Positions 8,057 to 17,971 are shown, numbered from the stretch's first letter. The stretch is DNA of 35,356 nt from a virus (IMGVR_UViG_3300031965_001336:1-35356), one strand, 5' to 3'. Notes: generated by a model not told the origin, from the letters alone. Numbers and translations are program-made.

Positions 8057-9684
8057 TAGAGTGATTCAACCATTGGTCCCGACTTCTTGTCCGGAATGAG
8101 GGTGTAGACCTTTGCCGCGATCTGGTCACGCGTGAATTCCTGGTAATCCTTCGAGAGCTCGTCGATGATTTGCTCCCGCGTCATACTCGTTGCGAGCTGC
8201 GTGATGTCGTCTTCAAGGTCGGCGTTGGGATCGGAACCGCTCGACGGCGAGTAGACGGGGAGACCGCCTGCGGTCTTGCCTGACTTGAGGTCGTCGATGC
8301 GCTGCTCGTACGTCCCGCGCGCGCTGTCATGGGCGATCGTAAGCGCATTCATTTTCGCCCCGGCCGTCGCCTGCATGTTCTTGAGGGCCTGAGAGGTCAA
8401 GAACTTCGTGTTCGAGAAGATGCGCGCCGCGTTGAATCCGAACGTCTCGGCCCAGCTCTGCGCGTACTTCTGCACCGTCGCATACTCGCCCTCGCGCACG
8501 ACTGATTCGGGGTCCATGATTTTCGCGAAGGCGTAGATCATGCCGATGTCATCCGCGGGGTTGGTGGTCTCCGGTTTGATCGACGCCATGAATTGCCAGC
8601 CGGGCAGCGCCGTCGTGTACTGCTTCACGATCGGGTCTTGCCGATAATCGTCGGAGACTCGATCGAGTGCCGACTGAAGCTGGTTTTGGTTGAGACCCGC
8701 AGCCTGAATCTTCGCCTTCCGATTCGCGTCGAGGTTCTGGTATTCGTTAAAGCTCACGGGCTCACGACCGGCCGCTCGCTCCTGCGTCGCGTAAAAGTTG
8801 TACTCGCCGACGACGCCCGCTCCGTAGTCCGGTTTGAGGAGACTCGGAAGGAGCGACAGGAGCGTCTTCTTCTCGGCCCCGCGCGATTCCGCAGCCTTCG
8901 TCACGAAGTCAAAGACGCCCTTCAACTCGTCCTCGCTCGCATCTCCCTTGAGCTTGTTCAGCGCCGAACTAAGGCCCCCGGCGAAGACATTGCCCGTCTC
9001 GGCGATCTCCTTGTCGCCCACGCCGCCGCCCAGCAACCCGCGGACCCCAAGGTTCCCCCTGACTTCCTCGAGCGCCTTGTCCCGCGCCTTTTCGTAGAGC
9101 TTCGTCGTCTCGGCGCTCTGCGGGGCGACTCTCGATTCCGGCGTGCCGAAGACGGATTGATACGCGCTCCGCGCCTTCGCCGCCTCGGTCCCGTAGTCGA
9201 ACGGCTGGTTTGCTTCTTGAAGCGACTTCTGGAGCAACGCCTGGAGCGTCACGGCTGTCTGATCCTGCGGCGGCTGCGCGGCTGGCGGCTGCGCGGCCGG
9301 CGCCTGCGTCCCCGGAGGCACGGCGAACACATTCGGGTTCACGGTCGTCGATGCAGACGGAGGAGACGCGAATGGAGACGCCGCGGGTTTCTGCACCGAC
9401 GGCCTCGCTGGTCTTGACGCGGAAGGAACGGGTGTCCACGGCACCTTCCCAGTAGGAGGAACTGGCGTGTAGTTGAGGCCCGGTATCGGCGTGTAGTTCA
9501 GCGCCGAAGGTTTCGTGGACTGAAGCGGACTCGCTGCCGATGAGGGGGTTTGCGGCGCGGGCTTCGTCGGGGTGCTTGTCGGTGCGGGAAGACCCGGAAA
9601 GAAATTTTTGAGACTCGAACTCAATCCCGAGAGCGCCTGGTTGAGTTGGTCGAGAAGAGGATTTTTCGTCGCGCTAACCGCCAC
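8056..9684 (-). CDS. Putative ejection protein with Pro-rich N-terminus (GTG start)
   Basis: 542 aa; LNYTP x2 and AAQPP x2 repeats; YAFAKIMDPESVVREGEY segment; position in the virion module. Confidence 0.65.
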   Translation of the reverse strand: MAVSATKNPLLDQLNQALSGLSSSLKNFFPGLPAPTSTPTKPAPQTPSSAASPLQSTKPSALNYTPIPGLNYTPVPPTGKVPWTPVPSASRPARPSVQKPAASPFASPPSASTTVNPNVFAVPPGTQAPAAQPPAAQPPQDQTAVTLQALLQKSLQEANQPFDYGTEAAKARSAYQSVFGTPESRVAPQSAETTKLYEKARDKALEEVRGNLGVRGLLGGGVGDKEIAETGNVFAGGLSSALNKLKGDASEDELKGVFDFVTKAAESRGAEKKTLLSLLPSLLKPDYGAGVVGEYNFYATQERAAGREPVSFNEYQNLDANRKAKIQAAGLNQNQLQSALDRVSDDYRQDPIVKQYTTALPGWQFMASIKPETTNPADDIGMIYAFAKIMDPESVVREGEYATVQKYAQSWAETFGFNAARIFSNTKFLTSQALKNMQATAGAKMNALTIAHDSARGTYEQRIDDLKSGKTAGGLPVYSPSSGSDPNADLEDDITQLATSMTREQIIDELSKDYQEFTRDQIAAKVYTLIPDKKSGPMVESL

Positions 9685-9710
9685 TCCTTTTGCCTTGCAT
9701 TTTCATCGAA

Positions 9711-9738
9711 AGTATAACAAACGTCCGTCAAATGGAAA
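9711..9738 (-). promoter_or_regulatory. Putative promoter for the ejection and lysis genes
   Basis: Extended -10 TGTTATACT; weak -35 TTTCCA at 16-bp spacing. Confidence 0.45.
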
Positions 9739-11059
9739 CGGGGACGGCGACCAACGTCCCGCCGATCGTGTAGCACACGTACATGAACGAATTGAAGTGC
9801 AGCACTCCCTTCACGGTTTCCTCGATCGCCTGCTCGGAGGCGATCACGATCGAGGCGTCCCGCACGAACTTGACAATTTTCTTATTGCTCGAATCCGAGG
9901 CGTAGTGAAACTTCTTGTCGTAGGTGGCCATCAGATCCGGCAAGGCACCTGACCAGGCGACCGTATCGACAAGGGCGTAGGTCGAAGGGTCGTAGCGGAT
10001 AAGCCGGTTCCCGCTGTAGCCGCCTGGGATGGCCGCGTAAATCTTGAACGCCGCATCGGCCATCGCCACGTCGCTGAAAACGCCATCGGGGTACTTGTTC
10101 GCGGTGTGGCCAAACCAGTTTTCAGTCGCCGTCCCGCCGGAGTGTGAGAGTTCGAGACGATACGTCGTGTTCGCGGAGACCGCCACGGTCAATCCGCTCA
10201 CGGTCCTCCAAGTCTTATTCTCGTCAATACTGAAGTTCCCGCTCGCGAGCGTCGTGCCGCCGTCCGACGACTTGATCGCCCAGTTGATCGTCGCCGTCGC
10301 ACCTGCGTTCGCCTTCATGAGGACCGCGAACGCGGTGATCGCGGTCACGTTCGCCCCGGTCTTGAAGGTCTGATGTTGCGTCCCTCCCGAGTTGATGTCG
10401 AACTGCGTGTTATCGAGCGACTGCTGCGAATCAATCCCGTTCCCCGACGCTCCGACGCTCAACCCCACGAGGTTCGCGCCGTCGAAGGCGATCCCCTTCG
10501 TGAGCGCGAGCTCGTGGAACGGCGCGCGGACGCGGGACTGGAATGCGAGGCCGAAGTCCCAGATCGCGAGATATCGGTTTCCGGCGTCTGTCTCGTACGA
10601 ACCAACGACACGATCGTTCGTGACGGCCACGCCGAAGATGTTCGCGATCGCCTCACTTCCCGCGAGCCCGAAACTCGCGTTCAGGAGAAACGCATCCTGA
10701 TACGGCGACAAGAGGTCGAGCGTGTTGAATCTCCGAAGCGCGTAGTTCGTCCCGTCCCAGGTGATGACGTAGATATAGTCGTTCAGCGACTTGTCGTAGC
10801 CGGTGGCGACCTGCTTCACGTCCGCGGCTGTGACGTTCAGGTTCATCGCGACGAGGAGCGCGTCCGTCCCGAGCTTGTCCCTCGTGATGGCCCGCGGCAT
10901 GACGTTCCCCGAACGAGAGATGACCTCCGCCCCGCCCCGGATGTCCTTCAACGTCACGGGGTCCTCGAAGAGCGCTGGCGCGTCCTTGTTCCGGAGGAAC
11001 TTGTCGCGCCCGAGCGTCTCCCACTGGATTACCTGTCCGTCACGAATGATCGCCATCAC
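9728..11059 (-). CDS. Tail or receptor-binding-type virion protein
   Basis: 443 aa, beta-rich with an inserted Thr/Ser/Gly-rich domain; overlaps the nozzle stop. Confidence 0.6.
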   Translation of the reverse strand: MMAIIRDGQVIQWETLGRDKFLRNKDAPALFEDPVTLKDIRGGAEVISRSGNVMPRAITRDKLGTDALLVAMNLNVTAADVKQVATGYDKSLNDYIYVITWDGTNYALRRFNTLDLLSPYQDAFLLNASFGLAGSEAIANIFGVAVTNDRVVGSYETDAGNRYLAIWDFGLAFQSRVRAPFHELALTKGIAFDGANLVGLSVGASGNGIDSQQSLDNTQFDINSGGTQHQTFKTGANVTAITAFAVLMKANAGATATINWAIKSSDGGTTLASGNFSIDENKTWRTVSGLTVAVSANTTYRLELSHSGGTATENWFGHTANKYPDGVFSDVAMADAAFKIYAAIPGGYSGNRLIRYDPSTYALVDTVAWSGALPDLMATYDKKFHYASDSSNKKIVKFVRDASIVIASEQAIEETVKGVLHFNSFMYVCYTIGGTLVAVPVSI

Positions 11060-12477
11060 GCCGCTTTCTGTTTCTTCGTGAGCTCGCCGCCCTTTGCGTC
11101 GGCCAGATAGATGCTTGCCTTGTAGATCTCGCGCATCTCCTTTCCGGAGACCTCGTGGAACCGGAGCGCGAGGTCGCGGCCTCGCGCCCTCAACGAGAAT
11201 TCCGTGATGGTGCGGTCGATTTGGCCGAGCTCTTTGTACTTGCCTCCGTCCACCGAGTAGTGAACCGTCGCCGGGCTCTTCGGCAGGTTCGAGCTTCTGA
11301 CGATGACCTTCGCCACCGTGCTCTCCACGAGCGGATCTCCCAGCTCGATCAGGCCCGTTTCGTGCTCCATCTCGATCGGAGTCGTGTCGTATTTGTAGCC
11401 GTCGGCCCAGAGGAAGGTCTTGCCCGATGTCGAGCCGAGGTAGAGCTTCAGAAGGTTGTCCGTCCCGATGAAATCAGAGACGGCCTTGATCGCGTGCGCG
11501 AGCGGCTTGATCGTCCACGTGTCCTGAAGAGTGTCGTAGACCAGCGTACAGTTCGAGTGAACTCTGCCCGCGACCGTCACGTCGCCGATGAACAGGCAAT
11601 ACTTGTTCCCGTCCTTGAACGCGACCACTGCATACGGGTCGGTGATGGCGTCGATGAAGTCCTGGATCTTGAGCGAGATGAGTTCCGGGTAGCGCGAGGC
11701 GAACTGGTAGATGCCCTTGCGGTTGAAGAAGTAGACGATGCCCCCGATGTTCACGATCGAGCGCTTGCTCGTCGTGCCTACGTCGAGCGTGGTGTAGCGA
11801 ACGGTCAGCGGGTTGTTTTTCTGGTCCACCTGGTATTCCCAAATGGAGAACTCCTTGAAGATCATCAAGCTGTCGAAGAGCGGGACGAGCGCCATGTTCC
11901 GGTCGCCGTCGTTATTGTTCACGTCGAAGTTATTGAATGCCGGCCAGTTCTCCGGATCTCCGACCGCGCTGAAGTAGACCGTCGAGTAATTCGGCGAGAC
12001 GCCCGTGACGTACACCCGGTCCTTGTAGAGCGCGCCGATCGTGCCGTTCGGCGGGCTCCCGCCGATGTTCCCGAACGTCGTCCCGTCCCATTTCTTCGGG
12101 GTGTCGGTGCCGTTCCACCGAAGCGCGAGGTTCTTGTACGTGACCCAGATCGGGGCGACGGTCGTGGAGAGACCGGTCGCGCCGGTGATCGCGTCCCAGG
12201 TTCCGCCTCCGATGTTGGCCTGGTACACCTTCCCGCCGCTGTCGCGGAGGAGATAGCGCGTCGTCGTCGCGCCGATCTTGTAGAACGGATAAAGCGAGAG
12301 GACCGTATCGACGGTGGGCTGATCGAGGAAGGGGGAGTAGCCCTTGTCCTTCTTGAGCGTGCCGATCTCGTCGAGGTTGACGTTTTTCGAGATCCTCCCT
12401 TCTTCGAGCTTGTTGAGGATCGGCGAGACCCGGCGGTTCATCCCGCCGTGGAAGGAAACGATGTCTATGGGGATCAG
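11056..12477 (-). CDS. Tail nozzle / tail tubular protein B (P22 gp10-like); probable CTG start
   Basis: Beta-propeller-like sequence (YFSAVGDPENW, LMIFKEFSIW, VYFFNRKGIY); frame is open upstream of ATG 12441 giving IPIDIVSFHGGMN, which resembles the usual N-terminal F.GG.N motif. Confidence 0.75.
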   Translation of the reverse strand: MIPIDIVSFHGGMNRRVSPILNKLEEGRISKNVNLDEIGTLKKDKGYSPFLDQPTVDTVLSLYPFYKIGATTTRYLLRDSGGKVYQANIGGGTWDAITGATGLSTTVAPIWVTYKNLALRWNGTDTPKKWDGTTFGNIGGSPPNGTIGALYKDRVYVTGVSPNYSTVYFSAVGDPENWPAFNNFDVNNNDGDRNMALVPLFDSLMIFKEFSIWEYQVDQKNNPLTVRYTTLDVGTTSKRSIVNIGGIVYFFNRKGIYQFASRYPELISLKIQDFIDAITDPYAVVAFKDGNKYCLFIGDVTVAGRVHSNCTLVYDTLQDTWTIKPLAHAIKAVSDFIGTDNLLKLYLGSTSGKTFLWADGYKYDTTPIEMEHETGLIELGDPLVESTVAKVIVRSSNLPKSPATVHYSVDGGKYKELGQIDRTITEFSLRARGRDLALRFHEVSGKEMREIYKASIYLADAKGGELTKKQKAA

Positions 12478-12492
12478 GTCATGTGGCCCTGC

Positions 12493-13671
12493 TTACACTC
12501 CCGGCGGGTTGAAACCGTCGTAGAGCTCGTCCTCGATCGAGGCCCCGAACATCGGGACCGTGCGCGGGATCTCGGGGTAGCGGTTTTTGATTTCGAGCAG
12601 CATCTCCTCCACGTCGTTCTCGAAGAGCGTCCCGTAGTAGTTCGCCACGTCGAACTTGTTGTCGCTCTCGAACGCGCGCTTGAGCGCCCAGTTCACCATC
12701 GTTTGCTCATACCCGTAGGGCAGATCCGGCACGTCGTCATCGTTCGCGAGCCGCGCCGCGAGTGCCGCGAAGCGAGGTCGCATCCCTCCGGATGTCGCGG
12801 TGGGCTTCGGGAGCGGGACGATCTTGTTGCCTTCGTAGTAATACTTCGGGCTTGACTGGCTGTAGACCGCCTGCGGGTGGTCGAAGGTCGAATCGATCGG
12901 GTCCGCCGGGTAGTAGTCCACGCCGTTGTAGCTGAAATCCCAGCGGGTCGGCCGCACGAAGTTGCTGGGCAGGCTGTACGCGCGCTGGCTCGCCACGAAC
13001 GCGATCGCGGCTCCGCTCCCGTCCGTGCCGTACTTGCCGTAGTAGTCGATCCCGAGGCTGATGATCCTCCGCACCATCTTCGTGATGTAGCCCTCGTTCA
13101 GCCACTTGATCACCTCCTTCCGGTCGAGAATCTTGCTCGACTGCTTGCTGAAGAGCTTGTATACGGAGTCCACGAGACCGGCGAGGGTCGTGTCGCCATA
13201 CCCCGTCGCCGGGACCTCCGCCGAGTAGCCGGAGAACGAGGAATCGATCGAGTTCTTGTAGCGGATTTTGTAAAAGTCGGTCGCGTTTCCCGCGGAGTCC
13301 TTGTACGTTGTCGCATCCTCCTCGACGGTGATAGCGACCGTCGTGAGGACGGAGTAGCTCCCACCTTGCGAGGCCGCGCGCGATATTTCGATCTGGTCGT
13401 AGTCGAGGACGGTGACGGGGGTGTCGGTCGAGTGGTCGAATTTGAGGCCCGCAGCAAGCGTGATCAGCGTGTCGGTGGGCACCGTGCTCGCGTGCGTCTT
13501 CACGATCTCCGCGTCTTCAGAGCCGTACGTGCCGATGAGGAGCAGCGTATTCACCGCGATCCCCTTCGTGTTGATCACGTTGAGCGTCGTCGCTGCCGCG
13601 TTCGCCTGCTGGGTAAGCGAGGTGTCTTGGGACTGCTCGATATCGGGATGCCGCCACGAGGTGATGATCAT
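12493..13671 (-). CDS. Head-tail adaptor (tail tubular protein A-like) with extra N-terminal beta domain
   Basis: C-half has KWLNEG, YSLPSNF and DDVPDLPYGYEQTMVNWAL adaptor-type motifs; directly upstream of the nozzle. Confidence 0.7.
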   Translation of the reverse strand: MIITSWRHPDIEQSQDTSLTQQANAAATTLNVINTKGIAVNTLLLIGTYGSEDAEIVKTHASTVPTDTLITLAAGLKFDHSTDTPVTVLDYDQIEISRAASQGGSYSVLTTVAITVEEDATTYKDSAGNATDFYKIRYKNSIDSSFSGYSAEVPATGYGDTTLAGLVDSVYKLFSKQSSKILDRKEVIKWLNEGYITKMVRRIISLGIDYYGKYGTDGSGAAIAFVASQRAYSLPSNFVRPTRWDFSYNGVDYYPADPIDSTFDHPQAVYSQSSPKYYYEGNKIVPLPKPTATSGGMRPRFAALAARLANDDDVPDLPYGYEQTMVNWALKRAFESDNKFDVANYYGTLFENDVEEMLLEIKNRYPEIPRTVPMFGASIEDELYDGFNPPGV

Positions 13672-14711
13672 GTGTTCGCTTTGTCTTGTTTCGCACCTCC
13701 CCCTGGTGTGACGGCGACCGCCCGGCCGTGGGCCTTCACTTCAAACGCTTTCACTACGGCGTTCCTGATCTTCAGCGCGAGCTGGTCCGCTTCGCCGAGG
13801 ATCGAGACGATCACGAAACTCCTCTGAAGTTCGGCCGCGATCATCTGATCTATGCGCGTGAGAACGCTCGCGATGGCCATGCTTGTCCCGGTCTCGCTAC
13901 GAATCGCCGCGTCGGTCTCCGCGAGCTGCGACACGATCGTCGCCGCCACGTCCTCGACGAAGGTCTGCGCCATCGAAATGAGCCAGGCCTTCCGAACGGT
14001 GGACACGCTCGCCAGATACTTCGGGTCGGCCGTAACGGTAATGCCGGTAGGCGTCCCGCCGAACATCCGGGCCGCGTTTCGTTTCCATATCTCCTTCGTC
14101 GGCATGTTCCGCACGACCGAAGCGTCGTTCCGCATCGGCGCGAGGAAGATGAGCCCCCGTTCGGTCCCGTTCATCCGGCGGAACATCCCCGCCCTGATCT
14201 CCGCCGGGCTTCTTTGGTAGTTCCAGATGCGGCACTCCGTCAGCTCTCCATCGAAGAAGTCGCCGCCATACGCCTTGCCGAACTTCAACGGCTCCGAGCT
14301 GTTTTCAGAAGCCCCGGCTCCCGTATCACTTTGGGTCTTCGCGAGCTCGAACCCGTCGCGGTAAAAGAAGATGGAGGCGGAGGTCAAGTCGAGGCCCGTC
14401 TGCACGATCGCCCAGTGATGCCACGCACCGTCATCCACGTTCCCGACGTTGGTCCGCACGTAGATTCGCTTGCCTCCAACGTTGTTCTCCCCAATTCGCC
14501 ACGCCAAGTCGCCAGCAGAGAAGCAGTCGGCGGTAAAGATGTCGTAGCCAGGAAACAGACCGGAACCCAGTTGCTTCGAGCAGACGTACTTGCACCCCGT
14601 CGTCGCGTTGATCTTCGCCCAGAACTCGACCGTGACCGCGTCGAGCTGCGCCAGGTCGAATACGTCACCGAAATCGATGAAGGAAGTGGAGCCGTTGAAC
14701 TTGAGGGCCAT
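13668..14711 (-). CDS. LamG / concanavalin A-like domain virion protein
   Basis: ALKFNG, TVEFWAK, DGAWHHWAIV and FDGELTECRIWN motifs. Confidence 0.88.
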   Translation of the reverse strand: MALKFNGSTSFIDFGDVFDLAQLDAVTVEFWAKINATTGCKYVCSKQLGSGLFPGYDIFTADCFSAGDLAWRIGENNVGGKRIYVRTNVGNVDDGAWHHWAIVQTGLDLTSASIFFYRDGFELAKTQSDTGAGASENSSEPLKFGKAYGGDFFDGELTECRIWNYQRSPAEIRAGMFRRMNGTERGLIFLAPMRNDASVVRNMPTKEIWKRNAARMFGGTPTGITVTADPKYLASVSTVRKAWLISMAQTFVEDVAATIVSQLAETDAAIRSETGTSMAIASVLTRIDQMIAAELQRSFVIVSILGEADQLALKIRNAVVKAFEVKAHGRAVAVTPGGGAKQDKANT

Positions 14712-15149
14712 CTACGCCGTCTCGAACCTCATCCCTGCGTAATTCTTCGCGTGGTTGCCTTCGGTGCCGTCGAGGGTTGTGCCGGTCGCGTTCTTGACCG
14801 CAACTTTCCAGTGGCTCGGCAGGGTCCCGACCTTTGACGTGTCGATGCTGAAGATGTAGGTCGTGGCGTTCGCGTTCGCGACGAAAGAGCCGAGCGGTTC
14901 CGAGTTCAGCGCCGAAGAGTCGTCGTAAGTCGTGCCTCCGTCACTTGAGCGGATCAGATACACCTCGATCCGGCCGGTCGCGCCCACGCCGCTCGCCCCC
15001 GTCTTGATCTTGAGCTGGATGATCGCCGAGATGAACTTGTTTACGGAGTTGTCGATCGCGCTCGAGGTCGCGAACGTCGCGTCCGCAAGCGATGCCAGCG
15101 TGATCGTGATCGCGTTGTTGTTGTTGAAAAGCTGCTGGATCGTCGCCAT
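14712..15149 (-). CDS. Virion structural protein (beta-sandwich-like)
   Basis: 145 aa, Thr/Ala/Ser-rich; translationally coupled on both sides. Confidence 0.6.
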   Translation of the reverse strand: MATIQQLFNNNNAITITLASLADATFATSSAIDNSVNKFISAIIQLKIKTGASGVGATGRIEVYLIRSSDGGTTYDDSSALNSEPLGSFVANANATTYIFSIDTSKVGTLPSHWKVAVKNATGTTLDGTEGNHAKNYAGMRFETA

Positions 15150-15152
15150 CTC

Positions 15153-15722
15153 CTATTGAAGCTTGACTTTTATCGACGCCTGGAGCTGGTCGCTTGCCTG
15201 AAGCACGCGGCTCACGCTCAAAGCCACGGTAGCGATGAGTTTGCCGCTGGTCCCCGAGGCTACGTCCGTCAGGAAAAGGTAATCGGCCGCCGACCACGCA
15301 GTCCCGCCGCTGTTCTGAAAAGTCTTCTGCGCCGAAGTGACCTGGTAATCGCCGGTGTCGAGCGCGAGGGTCGGCCAGTCCGTCGTGTTCCGCGCGAGCG
15401 CGATCCGCGCATAGCCGGTTCCCGCGACTTCCGTGATGCCCGTGAGAATCACCGTCTCGGCCGGGACTCCCGGAGTGCCCCCGTTGTTTCCGAGGCCCAC
15501 GTAGAAACTCGTCGGCGTATTCTGATTCCTAAAGTACGAGTCAAGGATGTTCTGCTCGCCCTCGTCCATGAGGCCGTTCAGCATGGCCTCGACATCCTTC
15601 GCTTCCCAGATGACCTTCCCGTTTCTGATGTGGCGAACGTCGGCCGTCACCCGAATCCACGGGTGCCGCTTTCCTCGAAGCGCCCGCAACGCGAGCTGGA
15701 TGCGCCGAATGAAGTCACTCAT
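15153..15722 (-). CDS. Minor tail / virion structural protein
   Basis: EVAGTGYARIAL and TFQNSGGTAW...GKLIA pattern seen in phage minor tail proteins; ATG 15722 overlaps the upstream stop. Confidence 0.65.
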   Translation of the reverse strand: MSDFIRRIQLALRALRGKRHPWIRVTADVRHIRNGKVIWEAKDVEAMLNGLMDEGEQNILDSYFRNQNTPTSFYVGLGNNGGTPGVPAETVILTGITEVAGTGYARIALARNTTDWPTLALDTGDYQVTSAQKTFQNSGGTAWSAADYLFLTDVASGTSGKLIATVALSVSRVLQASDQLQASIKVKLQ

Positions 15723-15939
15723 CGGAGTCGTTCTCTTTGGCGAGTCGCCCCTTTTCTTCAAGCCGCCTGATGATCTCGGCTGTAGCTTCATCCGGTTCGG
15801 CGAACGCTTTCTTCAGCCTCTCCGCTGTCGCTTCGGACTTCTTGCACAGAATCTTCACCTTGCGTTCCTTTGCCAGCGCAAGGTGTCGCTCCTCGATCTC
15901 GCAGAGCTCACCCCGCGAATTGATCGCGTAGTAAGTCAT
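15715..15939 (-). CDS. Hypothetical phage protein
   Basis: 74 aa, overlaps both neighbours. Confidence 0.6.
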   Translation of the reverse strand: MTYYAINSRGELCEIEERHLALAKERKVKILCKKSEATAERLKKAFAEPDEATAEIIRRLEEKGRLAKENDSDE

Positions 15940-16178
15940 GACGGCCCGAACACCTTCTTTCCCCGACCGTGAATCTCGAAGGCCTCCCGCGCGAGCCCCG
16001 AGTTCCTGTCTTGGCTCTGACGGACGGCTTCGCGGTGGTTCCGCTCCGACACCGCGTTATTCTTCTTGACGATGGTTTCGGCTAACGCGCCGATGACCGC
16101 GGGCTTTCCCTTCCCATCCTTCTTCTGGATGTGTTCGAGGTGCCGTATGTCGTTGTTGAACTTCTTGATCTGGTCCAT
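15936..16178 (-). CDS. Hypothetical phage protein
   Basis: 80 aa, ATGA overlap with the downstream gene. Confidence 0.6.
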   Translation of the reverse strand: MDQIKKFNNDIRHLEHIQKKDGKGKPAVIGALAETIVKKNNAVSERNHREAVRQSQDRNSGLAREAFEIHGRGKKVFGPS

Positions 16179-16191
16179 TCCGTTTCCGAGG

Positions 16192-16221
16192 GGTGGCCCG
16201 GCGTCTCACGCGCCGGACCAC
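16192..16221 (-). other. GC-rich hairpin after the capsid and decoration genes (mRNA stabiliser or attenuator)
   Basis: Minus strand GTGGTCCGGCG-CGTGAGA-CGCCGGGCCAC; no U-tract. Confidence 0.5.
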
Positions 16222-16237
16222 TGACTCGGGAACCGAA

Positions 16238-16717
16238 CTAGCCCGGAAGGTATTCGATGCCCGGAAGGTACGGGTACGGCGTGTTGAAGTAGGTCACCGT
16301 CAAGCTTGCGGTATCGAGCGCGGTGGTCGCTCCGGTGAAGGTGGAACCGGTGCCGTTCTCGATGATGATGAAGCCAATCAGGACCTCGCCGTCCGGGATC
16401 TCCGGCAGCGTGCAGGCCGCGAGTGTAGCCACGTCATAGCCGCCGTTCCGCCTTGTGAGCGTGCCGTCGGCCTTGACTGTGAACGCGACGCAACCCTTCT
16501 TGGTGTCCGCGATCGTGCCCGAGAGAGCCGCCATGTCTGCGGCGGCCTTCGTGGCCGGAGCGCCGTCCACGATGAAGTGGATCGCATTCGCCGATTTCAC
16601 GAGCGCCGAAGTAGCAGCCTTAATCGCGAGTCCGCCTGAGTTGAAGACGAAGCTCGAGAGCGCGCGTTGCACCTTGCTGAACGAGTTCGGGTAGCGCGGA
16701 TCTAATGTTCTAGCCAT
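16238..16717 (-). CDS. Putative capsid decoration / cement protein
   Basis: 159 aa, Ala/Thr/Gly-rich, immediately downstream of the major capsid gene. Confidence 0.6.
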   Translation of the reverse strand: MARTLDPRYPNSFSKVQRALSSFVFNSGGLAIKAATSALVKSANAIHFIVDGAPATKAAADMAALSGTIADTKKGCVAFTVKADGTLTRRNGGYDVATLAACTLPEIPDGEVLIGFIIIENGTGSTFTGATTALDTASLTVTYFNTPYPYLPGIEYLPG

Positions 16718-16747
16718 GTGTGTGTGATGTTTTGTTTTCGACTAGAC

Positions 16748-17956
16748 CTAGACCGTGAAGGTGCCGTTCGTGAGGGCGAAGTTGCCGCGAGCCCGGCGCA
16801 AGCCGAGGTTCACGTACTCCTTCAGGAAGCCCTCCCAAATCGCCTTCCCGCTAAGCCGCAAGATCGTTCCCGACCCGTCGTACTCAAGCCACTTGAGAGG
16901 CGAGAGTTGCGCCAACGTGAACGCCTTGAAGTCAACGCCGTAGATCGTGCCGTCGGGCACGTCGTATTCGAGCACCGCGGCGACCTTCCGGCCGGCTGCG
17001 GCGAATTCGAGACCGCTGAACCCTCCCGTCAGCTCGACGGAGTTCACGATCCGCTGGAGCGATTGCGCGTCAGCCACGAGCCGGTTGTAGGGCGAGATGT
17101 TCATGAACATCGCCGACACCTTCCCGTACTCGTCCGACTGCATCAGCATCTTCTGGAGTTTTTGCTCCAGTTCGCGGGCCGCGTCGTAGGTGGTCGCACT
17201 CGCGAAGACGTTCGGCTTCCACCACGGGTTGGTCGAACGATTCACGGTTTGAAACGTGTTGGTCGTAAGACCGATCGCGGCCAGGAGACCGTCCGGCTCG
17301 ACGCCGGTCGTCCCGTCGGGGCCGACGATGTAGACGCTGTCGGCGTTCGCCCACGTGCGGGCCGCGGCGAGCGTGACTCCCGTGTCGGAGTCAACCGATG
17401 AGATCTCAACTGCGGAGCCCGACCCGATCTTCAGGAACATTCCTGGCGCGAAATACTTCGTGCCGGCAATGTCCGCATTCGGCGTTGAGCTGTTGACCAC
17501 GAGTGCGGTGGAGTTCGTCCCCCCGCCGTTCGCGGTCGTGATGAGGCCGTTTGTCGCGCCGTTCTGCAGGAACATCCGGTTCATCTGCTTCGCGTGCGCG
17601 GTCCTCATCTGTTCCTCGTTCAACGTCATGAGGTTGGCGAGCGCCTGCTCGCTCGATCGTGCCGTTTCGAGGTCCGCGTCAGCCACGGAGAACCCCGTGA
17701 AGAGGTATTTCGGGCTGATTTCGAGGCGGCCGGTTGCGGCGTAACCGGTCGGGAGCGTATCCGTCTTGCCAACCGCAGCGGTGCCGGAGTGCATCGACTT
17801 CACGACAGTGATCAAAAACTTGTCGTTAATCTTTTCAACTCCGACGTTCTTCTTGAGGTTGGCGAGAAGCGGCGTCTCCTTTGCGTACTGGTCCTCGATG
17901 TTCGGGGCCAGGATTTGCTTCAGATAATTCTGAATCTGCGCTACTGGAATGAGCAC
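16748..17956 (-). CDS. Major capsid protein (GTG start)
   Basis: 402 aa after the scaffold gene; HK97-like pattern (ETPLLANL, MNRMFLQNG, EPDGLLAAI, EYDVPDGTIY) with a beta insertion. Confidence 0.85.
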   Translation of the reverse strand: MLIPVAQIQNYLKQILAPNIEDQYAKETPLLANLKKNVGVEKINDKFLITVVKSMHSGTAAVGKTDTLPTGYAATGRLEISPKYLFTGFSVADADLETARSSEQALANLMTLNEEQMRTAHAKQMNRMFLQNGATNGLITTANGGGTNSTALVVNSSTPNADIAGTKYFAPGMFLKIGSGSAVEISSVDSDTGVTLAAARTWANADSVYIVGPDGTTGVEPDGLLAAIGLTTNTFQTVNRSTNPWWKPNVFASATTYDAARELEQKLQKMLMQSDEYGKVSAMFMNISPYNRLVADAQSLQRIVNSVELTGGFSGLEFAAAGRKVAAVLEYDVPDGTIYGVDFKAFTLAQLSPLKWLEYDGSGTILRLSGKAIWEGFLKEYVNLGLRRARGNFALTNGTFTV

Positions 17957-17971
17957 TAATGAGGCCTTGCT

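Noticed and set aside
9267-9500. Short repeats in the ejection gene (AAQPP x2, LNYTP x2)
   Set aside because: Ordinary coding low-complexity duplications
11155-12855. Long plus-strand ORFs (for example 566 aa here, also 12877-13827 and 13686-14837)
   Set aside because: Antisense shadows of GC-rich real genes with Arg/Val-rich composition and no motifs
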